NCBI GenBank assembly: GCA_964237325.1
Contig: CAXSHS010000003.1
Location: 280 to 64,279, forward strand
Length of the DNA stretch: 64,000 nucleotides
Origin: an uncultured Acidobacteriaceae bacterium
GTDB lineage: Bacteria; Acidobacteriota; Terriglobia; Terriglobales; Acidobacteriaceae
Direction of reading: 5' to 3'
A model generated the notes under the pieces. It was given only the letters and a program-made list of their open reading frames with translations, made no database searches and was not told where the DNA came from. Made by a program: the position numbers and the translations under genes. This document shows, one piece after another, positions 1 to 8,598 of this stretch (positions are counted from its first letter, which is position 1; each line of letters begins with the position of its first letter).

Positions 1-271
1 GGTACGTCGAGATGAACTCGTATGCGGCATCGTCAAAGTTGTGCCACGGGATTCGGACGTTTGTGTGCGGGATAACAACACGCGCAAACGCTTTATCGTC
101 AAACTCCGGCTGCTCCGCACCCGGCACCTTGGCAGCCATGTAGCGCCAGCCTCGATTGATGGGCAGCACCAACCGCTCGCTGCTTTGGGGGGCGGCAAAT
201 GCCGCTGTCTGTGGCAGTGCGCTTGCGGCCAGTACAGCGCCGGTAGTTTTGAGAAACTCTCGCCTTTGCAT
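1..271 (-). CDS. GH2-family glycoside hydrolase (beta-galactosidase-like), 5' part; runs off window start
   Basis: Own translation from ATG at 271: MQRREFLKTTGAVLAASALPQTAAFAAPQSSERLVLPINRGWRY...FARVVIPHTNVRIPWHNFDDAAYEFISTY. Twin-arginine signal followed by a typical GH2 N-terminal sugar-binding domain. Not in the ORF track because it is open at the edge. Confidence 0.8.
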   Translation of the reverse strand, partial: MQRREFLKTTGAVLAASALPQTAAFAAPQSSERLVLPINRGWRYMAAKVPGAEQPEFDDKAFARVVIPHTNVRIPWHNFDDAAYEFISTY

Positions 272-445
272 ATGTGCCAACTATCTTAGGCAAAGGCAGG
301 TGCATTTGTCAGGCAAGGCGCAATCTAAAAAGCTGCAAATGAAATGGTTGCCCACGTCTCACCTTGGAGATATGGTTTTACCAAGGAAATCCATCAAATT
401 CGAGTCAGCTTGCGCGGGTGGATGCAAAATTGGTATGGAACAAGC

Positions 446-555
446 GGTGTCATCCTGCGCGGAGCGCAGCGAAATCGAAGGACCTGCTTGTCTTGGGTGC
501 AGGCGGAAAAGTCAAAAGAAAAAGCAGATCCTTCGACTTCGCTCAGGATGACACC
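446..555. repeat. Palindromic REP/MITE-like intergenic element
   Basis: Left arm GGTGTCATCCTGCGCGGAG...CGAAGGACCTGCTT pairs imperfectly with right arm AAGCAGATCCTTCGACTTCGCTCAGGATGACACC. The terminal 12 nt GGTGTCATCCTG/CAGGATGACACC are perfectly complementary. Confidence 0.8.
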
Positions 556-673
556 TGTTGGTTACAAACTTCTTACGCTCTTCAATATATTTTCCGGCAA
601 AGTAGTAGCTGCTGTTACAGCAAGCCGGCGGCATTTTCGTGCTGCCCTGCTAACTGAGTGATTGAAAAAGCCA

Positions 674-826
674 TTGTCAAACCTCATCTTCGACGCCTCC
701 GTCGACCGTGGCCTCACCTCCACCTTGACGACTTGGCAAGGAGGGCTTGGTGTGTCGTACATCCTGCCGCATCGTTTCTGGGCTGTCAAACACCCTACAC
801 CTACTCGCATTAGCCCTCTGCAATAG
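674..826 (+). pseudogene. Probable orphan 3' fragment of an outer-membrane beta-barrel protein gene
   Basis: Reads LSNLIFDASVDRGLTSTLTTWQGGLGVSYILPHRFW...*. The amphipathic beta-strand pattern resembles the last two strands of small OM barrels. No upstream body is present. Confidence 0.35.
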
Positions 827-968
827 AGGGAACCACGAGCAATGCTCTTCAGCTTCCGCAGAGAGGCCGCCGCTTCTTCTCTGATGCCGAGGGATAATTG
901 GCAATGCTCACATTTCCCATCCTTCGCAGCCGCTCCTTTCCCCTTCCTGCGGCAGACAAAGTGGGCAA

Positions 969-2585
969 ATGGTAGCCGCAACAGGTGTTCAGACCTTGCA
1001 GGCATTATTCCTGTTGCTTCTGGCATTTGTGGCAGCATTTGCCGCTCTGGCACGCCTGCTCAAAGTTCCTTACCCGATCCTGCTCGTAGTCGGCGGACTG
1101 CTGCTGAGCTTCATACCGGGTATGCCGCGCTTCGGTTTGAACCCCGATCTTGTGTTTCTTGTATTTCTGCCGCCGCTTCTTAATTCTGCGGCGTGGACGT
1201 TGTCCTGGAGGGAGTTCCAGCGCAACTTCACCAGTATCGCAACGCTGGCTGTGGGTCTGGTGCTGTTCACGGTTACCGGACTTGCTGTTACTGCAGGCTC
1301 GCTGCTGCCGGGATTCGACTGGAAAGCTGCTGTGCTGCTAGGCGCAGTCGTCGCGGCAACCGATGCCATCGCGGCCACCTCCATTGCCCGCAGAGTGGGG
1401 CTGCCGCAGCGCATTGTGGACATCCTGGAGGCGGAAAGTCTGGTGAATGACGGTACGGCCTTGCTGGCGCTGCAGTTTGGGCTGCTGATGCTTGTGACCG
1501 GACATACACCATCGGTCATGGAGGGCGTGGGACGGCTGGTGTTCCTGACTGGGGGCGGGGTGCTGGTCGGGCTTGCCATCGGGGGGGTAGTGGCATGGTT
1601 TGAAAAGTGGTTGAATGATGGGCCGATCGAGATTGTCATCAGTATCCTGGTGCCGTACGCGGCCTATCTGGTAGGCGACCGGGTGCATGTATCGGGCGTC
1701 ATTGCAGTGATTGCATGCAGCATGTACATGAGCCGGAAAAGCCCCGAGTACATGAGCCCGCAGGTACGGCTGCAAGCGGCGGCAGTCTGGGAGTCGCTTA
1801 CCTTTGTGCTAAACGGAATCGTATTCGTGCTGATCGGTCTACAGCTGCCGTATGTTGTGGCCCAGATCGGCAGCTTGAGTCGCATGGTTCTGCTGGAATA
1901 CGGGGCCGGGTTCAGCGTGGCGATGATCGCGCTGCGCATGGTGTGGGTGTACGCGGAAACCTACATCGCGTATGCAGTGCGCCGGTGGATGCAAATAGAA
2001 AATCCGGAAAAGCCGGAACCGCGCAGAGTGTTTATCATCGGCTGGGGCGGGATGCGCGGTGTACTCTCGCTTGCCGCAGCCGTGTCGCTGCCATACACGC
2101 TGCCCGACGGCAGACTATTTACACAACGCAGCATGATCATCTACCTGGCATTCTGCCTCATCCTTGCCACACTGGTGCTGCAGGGCTTGACGCTGCCCTG
2201 GTGGATTCGCAGGCTGAAGCTGGCTCAGCCGGAACGCATGAACGCCGAAGAGCATGAAGCGCGGCGTGTTCTGCTGCGTGAGGCACTCACACATCTTTCC
2301 AGAAGGCGGTACAAGAACAAGGATCTGTCGCCCATGTTCGGCGACCTGATTGCGAGCTACCAGCGACGCCTGGATGCTATGCCGCCGGAGCGAGAGCAGC
2401 AAGTGCAGGGCATGGTCGACCAGAAGCAGCGGAGTACGGCAATTCTGGCGGTGCTGCAGGTAGAGAGGGATGCCCTGATCCGGCTGCGGGATGAAGAGCG
2501 GATCAACGATGAAGTGTTACGAACGCTGCAGCGGGAGCTGGATTTAGCTGAGAGCCGCGTGCATACCTCATCTGTGGTGCTTTGA
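969..2585 (+). CDS. Na+/H+ antiporter, CPA1 family (NhaP/YjcE-like)
   Basis: 538 aa, about 12 TM segments. Motifs FLPPLL, ATDAIA, EAESLVNDGTAL, HVSGVIAV, GMRGVLSLAAA; C-terminal helical tail ending LQRELDLAE. Confidence 0.93.
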   Translation: MVAATGVQTLQALFLLLLAFVAAFAALARLLKVPYPILLVVGGLLLSFIPGMPRFGLNPDLVFLVFLPPLLNSAAWTLSWREFQRNFTSIATLAVGLVLFTVTGLAVTAGSLLPGFDWKAAVLLGAVVAATDAIAATSIARRVGLPQRIVDILEAESLVNDGTALLALQFGLLMLVTGHTPSVMEGVGRLVFLTGGGVLVGLAIGGVVAWFEKWLNDGPIEIVISILVPYAAYLVGDRVHVSGVIAVIACSMYMSRKSPEYMSPQVRLQAAAVWESLTFVLNGIVFVLIGLQLPYVVAQIGSLSRMVLLEYGAGFSVAMIALRMVWVYAETYIAYAVRRWMQIENPEKPEPRRVFIIGWGGMRGVLSLAAAVSLPYTLPDGRLFTQRSMIIYLAFCLILATLVLQGLTLPWWIRRLKLAQPERMNAEEHEARRVLLREALTHLSRRRYKNKDLSPMFGDLIASYQRRLDAMPPEREQQVQGMVDQKQRSTAILAVLQVERDALIRLRDEERINDEVLRTLQRELDLAESRVHTSSVVL

Positions 2586-3298
2586 AGAGAGCGTTGCTTT
2601 GATGATGCCTGTACGCTGACAGTGCTGTATAACACTCAAAAAAACAGAAGCCGGAATGGCTGCAAGTGCAGCAATAAAGATGGTTAAGAAGGCAAACCAT
2701 GAAAGAACGACTCAGATAACCTCCTCATTGGGCTATCAGGTTCTTGTATGAAGTTGAGGATTCAAATAGAGCGAAACGCCGCCTCAGAGACATCACTTGC
2801 GGAATATACCATGACATTGCGTACTTGGAGGGGGATGTAAGTTTGTATCACCTGCTATAACAATTGTTCCAACTACAGAATACTTTTTGCATGGCTGCAA
2901 AAAAAGTTGTCCGCAAGTTGATTTTTATTGGTTTTTCTTCTCATGGGGTCTTGTTTGTTGCTTTCACTTGTGTGGTAATTGACCTCAAGGAACGCATATC
3001 GTTGTTCTTGAAAGCAGGATGTTTAGCCTACCAACCAACGTGTGCGCTCACCGGTAAACCTTTGCAGCAAGCTCAAAAATAAATGTCAGATCGACATTCG
3101 TTACATATTTTCGGTCACAAAGCACTAGCTGCTTCCAAATAAATCTTTGCAGCGCTAGGATTCGACTTAGTGGTCCACCGATTGACATGCTATGTCGTAT
3201 TCAGTGTGCCATAGCACCTTTGACATGCTGCTTTACACTTCCCCTAGTGTGAACGTAAAAATTACTTCGTGTTATAGCTCAACCTGTCCAGAGGTCGA

Positions 3299-4594
3299 AT
3301 GTTTCCTAAGTACTTTCTGAGTGTCCTATTGCTCTCAGCGGTTACGCCCGCGCTTGCCGTTGTTACTGTTTCCAGTCCTTTGAATGGGACAGCGGTCGGC
3401 TCCAATGCCCAGTACGTAGCTTCAGCTACGACCTCATGCCAGCAAGGCGTCGCAACCATTGGGGTTTACATCGATAGTCATCTAAGCTTTGTTGCAAATG
3501 GTGCGATTCTGAATGCCTCCGTACCACTCAATACAGGAAGCCATAATACGTACGTACAAGAGTGGGATTACTGTGGTGGTACTAGCGGTACTGCTATACA
3601 GGTGACTGCAAATGTACAGAGTGGTGTGTACATTATGTCGCCGGCTAATAACAGCACAGTCACTAATAATGTGAATGTAGTGGCATCGGCTACAACAGAG
3701 TGTGGCCAGGGCGTGGCTGCAGTGGGCGTGTATGCGAATGACCAGCTTGTCGCCGTGACCCAGGGGTCATCTTTCAACAAGCAGGTAAATTTACAATCCG
3801 GTCCGCAGCGGACCGTAGTGCAGTCCTGGGATAACTGCGGCGGCTCGACGACAAAGGAAGTAAACCTTCTTGTTCAGGGTGCCGCGAATGTTAATGTACA
3901 GTCCATTTCAGATGTCCAGGCTGCACCGAGCTGGAACCAATGGGGTGAGTTCGCCCCAATCTACGACGTCTGTAATCCGTGCGCAGGTGTCAACTGGACA
4001 ATGACACAGAATGTCAGTTCCGTGTCCTTGAGCGGCAATGCGACGCGCTTTGACATTGGCGGCACTGTTCCCTACTCGGACGTTTTATGGTCAAACAAGC
4101 TTATCGGCCAGGGCACTACAAAGAATCTGCCTGACAGCGATCACAAAATTCTTTCGAATCTCAACAACATTGAGTACGACACAGACGTGTTTGTAACTAA
4201 CTTTGCTGTGACTCAGGATCTGGAGTTTGACGTAAACATATATATGAATGGTCTGGGGATGGAGTGGGGCACGGAGTGCAATCATTTGGCGGATGGAGAC
4301 TGGGATATCTGGGACCCTCTTGATCGGCAATGGGTGGCCACCGGCGCTCCATGTAGCCTGAACGATAACGCCTGGAATCACGTGACCATCGATGTGCAAC
4401 GCCTATCAAATAACCAGGTTATGTACAAAACCATCACGGTTAATGGCATCACACGCACCATCAATCAAAGCTTTGCTGGCTTCTCGGTGCCATCCAGCTG
4501 GTACGGCATGACTGTGAACTATCAAATGGACGGAAACTACCAGATGGCCTCAAACACTACATACCTCGATAATCTAACAATCCGGTATTGGTAG
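3299..4594 (+). CDS. Secreted protein: two bacterial Ig-like repeats plus a C-terminal Trp/Cys-rich beta-sandwich domain (paralogue 1)
   Basis: Signal peptide; two repeats (VSSPLNG...VASATTSCxQGVA..GVY...VQxWDxCGG); C-terminal domain with QDLEFDVN and VNYQMDG. Clearly paralogous to 30750-32051. Confidence 0.8.
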   Translation: MFPKYFLSVLLLSAVTPALAVVTVSSPLNGTAVGSNAQYVASATTSCQQGVATIGVYIDSHLSFVANGAILNASVPLNTGSHNTYVQEWDYCGGTSGTAIQVTANVQSGVYIMSPANNSTVTNNVNVVASATTECGQGVAAVGVYANDQLVAVTQGSSFNKQVNLQSGPQRTVVQSWDNCGGSTTKEVNLLVQGAANVNVQSISDVQAAPSWNQWGEFAPIYDVCNPCAGVNWTMTQNVSSVSLSGNATRFDIGGTVPYSDVLWSNKLIGQGTTKNLPDSDHKILSNLNNIEYDTDVFVTNFAVTQDLEFDVNIYMNGLGMEWGTECNHLADGDWDIWDPLDRQWVATGAPCSLNDNAWNHVTIDVQRLSNNQVMYKTITVNGITRTINQSFAGFSVPSSWYGMTVNYQMDGNYQMASNTTYLDNLTIRYW

Positions 4595-4656
4595 TCGGCG
4601 AGATGGAAAAAGCGACAAAGGACTGCGGCAATTCGTTTAGCCCTAGAGTTAGCCGT

Positions 4657-5337
4657 TTACTCCATCAGGTCCGATGATTGCGGACTGACAACGGCAGCTA
4701 CACACGCTGCCACCTTTGCCTTTGCCAACAGGATCGGCAGCGGAGGAATAATGGTAAAACCACCCAAAACCCTGCTCAGGGCCAAGTACGCGTTCCGGTT
4801 CACGCGCAGCCACTCCAATGGATACTCAGGCTTGCGTGCACGTGCCTGCTCCGGATCGGCATCCAGAATGAAGCTGATTCGTGGCCATGGCACAAGCTTT
4901 GCAACTCCGCGTATGTAGAGACGCATCCCCGAACTGCGCAAGTCCAGGTTTGCAAGTTCGTCCCAGAGAAACCGGTCAAAGATAACTACATCGGCATTGA
5001 AACGCAGTGCCTTATTCATGATTTTACGAAGTGAGAAAGCATCTACGAGATATAGACCGAGCCGTACGAGAGTCATCAGTGGAGAGCGAACGTTTTTGTC
5101 CTTGCGCTCGATCGGAGTTTCGGGACTACCAACGCCGGCGTCACCCTTAAACAGCTTGTGTCCAGCCCCCTCACGAATTCTCTTAAGTCGGGCCACGTCG
5201 TCCCAGAAGGTGATGAGTGTCACGCTGAGGCCGGCCTCCTTGAGGCTGCTTTGTAAACTTGCAATTTGCGTGCTTTTTCCTGCGCCGTCAATTCCTGAAA
5301 AGCTGATGAATATAGGTTTCAAGGGTTGTTGCATCAT
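4657..5337 (-). CDS. Thymidylate-kinase-like P-loop kinase
   Basis: ISFSGIDGAGKSTQ P-loop, VIFDRF motif, ILDADPEQARARK lid. It lacks the canonical TMK REP and DRxxxSxxAYQ signatures, so it is probably not the housekeeping tmk. Confidence 0.8.
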   Translation of the reverse strand: MMQQPLKPIFISFSGIDGAGKSTQIASLQSSLKEAGLSVTLITFWDDVARLKRIREGAGHKLFKGDAGVGSPETPIERKDKNVRSPLMTLVRLGLYLVDAFSLRKIMNKALRFNADVVIFDRFLWDELANLDLRSSGMRLYIRGVAKLVPWPRISFILDADPEQARARKPEYPLEWLRVNRNAYLALSRVLGGFTIIPPLPILLAKAKVAACVAAVVSPQSSDLME

Positions 5338-5339
5338 GA

Positions 5340-5762
5340 TCAGTGCGGCCGAGACGAACTGGAAAGAGATGCAGCTATCACTACGCCGACAGCGACAGCG
5401 GCGCCTATGATAAGCCCGATGCGAAGCGCGTAGGAACGGGTGCGACGCTGCTTTGCGGGCGCAATGGCCGCCCCTGCCGGTTTTGATGCTGGGTTGCCAC
5501 CGGAGCGGATTACGGGAGCAGCTGCGGTTCCTACGGGGACCGATGGAGCTTCCGTCGGTGTCTGAGATCGGGCGGGCTGCTGAACCTCAGGTGTAGCTGA
5601 CTGAACCGGAGCGGGCAACTGGCCTGCACTTGTCTGAGGAACAGTCTCCTGCGCAGACACCTGTGATAGGGACGGGCTTGCCGCATGGGTAAATGGCGCT
5701 GCCAGAAAGAGCACGAGATATAAAGCAATTTCGCGATCGAACCTGACCATATAGCTTGTCAT
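5340..5762 (-). CDS. Hypothetical protein: signal peptide, Pro/Ala/Ser/Gln-rich linker, C-terminal TM anchor
   Basis: 140 aa; its stop lies 2 bp from the kinase start; basic patch KQRRTRS precedes the C-terminal hydrophobic helix. Confidence 0.7.
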   Translation of the reverse strand: MTSYMVRFDREIALYLVLFLAAPFTHAASPSLSQVSAQETVPQTSAGQLPAPVQSATPEVQQPARSQTPTEAPSVPVGTAAAPVIRSGGNPASKPAGAAIAPAKQRRTRSYALRIGLIIGAAVAVGVVIAASLSSSSRPH

Positions 5763-5940
5763 GGCTACATCCTAGCGCACTTTTCTGTAGTAACAGGGAG
5801 CTCCGGCAGGCAGCGCACGCACTTGAGTCACCAAGAGTGTCATGGAAAAATAAAGCTACTTGTAATCTCTTCCTCACAAGTTCCTTACTAAGAAGTTACA
5901 TGCGGCAAAATTTTGATTCTTGCGCCTGTAAGAAAATGGC

Positions 5941-6339
5941 CTAGGCTGCGTTCTTTGATCTAAGTGCGAAATCCATCGTGGCTGTCGCAGGCTGAGAATC
6001 AAGGGTGAAATAGCTGGAAAAGCTACGTATGGCAGCAGCCGGTGTCGGATACATTTCAAACAGGCGATGTGCCTGGACACTACGCAACGCCTCTTCATTG
6101 GCCTCACTCAATGCAGCAAGCTTCACATCTCCATTGCTTTTCATGGCTGCTTCCAGGCAGCAAAGCAGCAGATGAGTGGTTGTATCATCCATGCGGTAAA
6201 TTTTTGAGCAATCAAGAACGAGGCGGGGACGTTCTCCTGCAACGAACGGCTGAAGAGACTGCAGGAAGCAACGCTCCTCCGTTGCTGTCACCTGGGCAGG
6301 AATTTGGTGTACGGTAATGGAATTCACTTTGTGTAGCAT
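5941..6339 (-). CDS. STAS-domain (anti-anti-sigma-like) protein
   Basis: RLVLDCSKIYRMDDTT...LLCCLEAAMKSNGDVKLAAL...LFEMYPT matches the STAS fold; RBS GGAG upstream. Confidence 0.85.
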   Translation of the reverse strand: MLHKVNSITVHQIPAQVTATEERCFLQSLQPFVAGERPRLVLDCSKIYRMDDTTTHLLLCCLEAAMKSNGDVKLAALSEANEEALRSVQAHRLFEMYPTPAAAIRSFSSYFTLDSQPATATMDFALRSKNAA

Positions 6340-6376
6340 ATGGTCTCCTTATGTAGATGCGTAATTTGTAGATGCT

Positions 6377-8395
6377 TCAACTCTTTGAAACAAAACCGGC
6401 TTGTGGACCCGCTGACAACCTGACATTTTTGAGGAGCTTCGTAAGCTCCGCCTCCGGGTTGCGGGTAAGATGTCGCAGCAAATGGCTGCCGTACCGCGCA
6501 AGAGTACGAAGGTTAGTTTCGTACCAGCAGCACTGCGCCATCTTCGGCGAAAAGCCACATAGAAACCGAAGCTGCTGCATCTGGCCTTCCAACACAGCTG
6601 CAACAAGCCGGTGATTTCCATCGATGATTATTAGGGGCCCCGCTTCATCCAGACCTATAAGCAGTACGGAACCCATTTCTTGTTTTTCTTTTGCTAAACA
6701 CTCACGAATGGCAGTGATCTTCGAGAAAAGCGGATCAACAGAAAAACGCGGTTTGCTGAGATGTTTGGCTATTTCCTGGATTCCAAAATTACCCTGCGCA
6801 AGCTTTCGCCACTGCGCTCTGGGGAAAACACGAATTCGGGAAAGATCAGCCTCTTCCAACTCGGCTTCATACCACTCTGTATCTATTGGAAGTTCTTTCC
6901 AGAGTGCCAGGTGCTGGGTGGAGAACAATGCATGCCGCTTTGCGACTTCATCCTTGCTTTCGAGGTTTGGCTTATACACGATGTGTTGCAGTTGCTTGTG
7001 GTATTTGCCGTAGCTTTCCTTCTCGAAATCGCTTTTCAGGAACTCTGCTATAACCTCATCCTCGGAAACGTGCCGGATCAGCCGAATCGGGGTGGAACCG
7101 GCTTGGACCGACTTTCTTTGCTCGCGCAAAGCCGTGCGGAGGAACGGAGTGGCCACCAGCACAAGCATGATGGAGACAAGAATCAGCTGCACGATAATGA
7201 CCTGTTGCAAGGAAGAGTGATATTCGCAGATGCCTGCGATGATGAGGCCGCTAAACACCAGCTGCACCCAGCTTGTATTTGCGATCTTGTATGACATTTC
7301 ATAGGTGATCATCACAGCGCTCAAGGAGTAGATGACTGTCATGAGGGCGTACAAAGCCAGAAGGTACGGGAACCCGTATTGACCTGGGAGCAAAAAGCCC
7401 GGACCGAACAAACCGGACCAGATAGTTGCGGGCGCAAGCCGCAGGCCCGCTGCCAGGATGATTCCAATTCCCAGTACCAGCAGGAGCGAGGTTGAGATTA
7501 ACGACAGGCTTTTACGCTCTTCATCGCGCGTACCGGCGACAACCGGCACCATGCTGTTCACAACTGCCTGGCAGAGAGCAAAAATCACCCGCCCCACCAT
7601 TGCCACAACTGCATACAAACCGGCTGCGTTCGGTGTAAAGAAATGCTTGACCAGCACGATGTCGCAGTTGTTGATCAATACCTGCCCAGAAAAGAAAATC
7701 ATGGTGTGAGCCAGCTCACGATACACATTGCCGAAACCCAGGGGCTTGCGGGGTGAAGCAGCTGAAAGTTCAGCTCGAGGCGGCGCGATCACGAAGTAGG
7801 CTGCGGCTACCGCAGCTGCATTGGCGGCGATGACACCTTTCACGCCGTAACCTAGACCGGCCATCACTACGGAGCCTCCGAGACGAATGACGCCTTCAAG
7901 CACCAGGTTTGTAGCCAGGCTGCGAAAGCCGTACGCACCTTGGACCAGACCTCGCCGGCTTCCAAGGGGAATGTAGAAGACGCTTCCTGTGGCGAGCAAC
8001 ACGACAAGGGTCACACTGGACAGGTGCAGATAGGACGCTATGTTATTCCGAAAAACAAGCAATGCGGCGGCGATCAATAGCCCCGACATCCATGCACTGC
8101 GTCCAAAGCTGCGTAGATCGGCAGCTTCGCCATTAACTAAGCTTTTGCCGGCACTCTGACCCGCTATAGCCTTTGCCGATATGAGCTGGTAAGAAAGCGT
8201 CACGGCAGAGATTAGCGTCAGTAATGTGTACACGGCGGTGGCTTGCCCAAAGCCGTTCGGTCCAAGGAACCGAGCTACAGCGACGTTGTACGCCAGATTG
8301 ATCGCAGCGGTCAGGCCGGAGCCGGATAACAGTACAAAGCTTCCCCGTACAATACGGGTATGGAGAGCTTTCGGGTTGTGTGAGGTGATCATCAT
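6377..8395 (-). CDS. Wzx/MOP-type oligosaccharide flippase fused to a C-terminal soluble ParB/Srx-like domain
   Basis: First ~420 aa have about 12 TM helices with flippase motifs (VAVARFLGPNGFG, INNCDIVLVKHFF, AGLYAVVAMVGR). The last ~250 aa are soluble and carry LIIIDGNHRLVAA. Confidence 0.85.
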   Translation of the reverse strand: MMITSHNPKALHTRIVRGSFVLLSGSGLTAAINLAYNVAVARFLGPNGFGQATAVYTLLTLISAVTLSYQLISAKAIAGQSAGKSLVNGEAADLRSFGRSAWMSGLLIAAALLVFRNNIASYLHLSSVTLVVLLATGSVFYIPLGSRRGLVQGAYGFRSLATNLVLEGVIRLGGSVVMAGLGYGVKGVIAANAAAVAAAYFVIAPPRAELSAASPRKPLGFGNVYRELAHTMIFFSGQVLINNCDIVLVKHFFTPNAAGLYAVVAMVGRVIFALCQAVVNSMVPVVAGTRDEERKSLSLISTSLLLVLGIGIILAAGLRLAPATIWSGLFGPGFLLPGQYGFPYLLALYALMTVIYSLSAVMITYEMSYKIANTSWVQLVFSGLIIAGICEYHSSLQQVIIVQLILVSIMLVLVATPFLRTALREQRKSVQAGSTPIRLIRHVSEDEVIAEFLKSDFEKESYGKYHKQLQHIVYKPNLESKDEVAKRHALFSTQHLALWKELPIDTEWYEAELEEADLSRIRVFPRAQWRKLAQGNFGIQEIAKHLSKPRFSVDPLFSKITAIRECLAKEKQEMGSVLLIGLDEAGPLIIIDGNHRLVAAVLEGQMQQLRFLCGFSPKMAQCCWYETNLRTLARYGSHLLRHLTRNPEAELTKLLKNVRLSAGPQAGFVSKS

Positions 8396-8513
8396 TGCGC
8401 ATCCGGCCTTGATCGGCTCTGAGTGTAAGTATCGGTCATTGACGCCGGATCAGCAGTGCGAAAAGTATGCTATGTGGGTTTTAACGGTTTTCACTGCACA
8501 GTTGTGAGTCATT

Positions 8514-8539
8514 CCCTGTATACCAGTCACTATACAGGG
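8514..8539. promoter_or_regulatory. Perfect 9-bp inverted repeat in a divergent promoter region (candidate operator)
   Basis: CCCTGTATA-N8-TATACAGGG between the divergent flippase operon and the GH71/99-like gene. Confidence 0.4.
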
Positions 8540-8598
8540 GTTACCGCCCGCTCCAGCAACATAGTTGAAATTACCTGTTTGCAGGAAAGGTAACTTTT

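Noticed and set aside
4657-5337. Calling this gene housekeeping tmk
   Set aside because: It lacks canonical dTMP-binding motifs and sits in a glycan operon, so no symbol was assigned.
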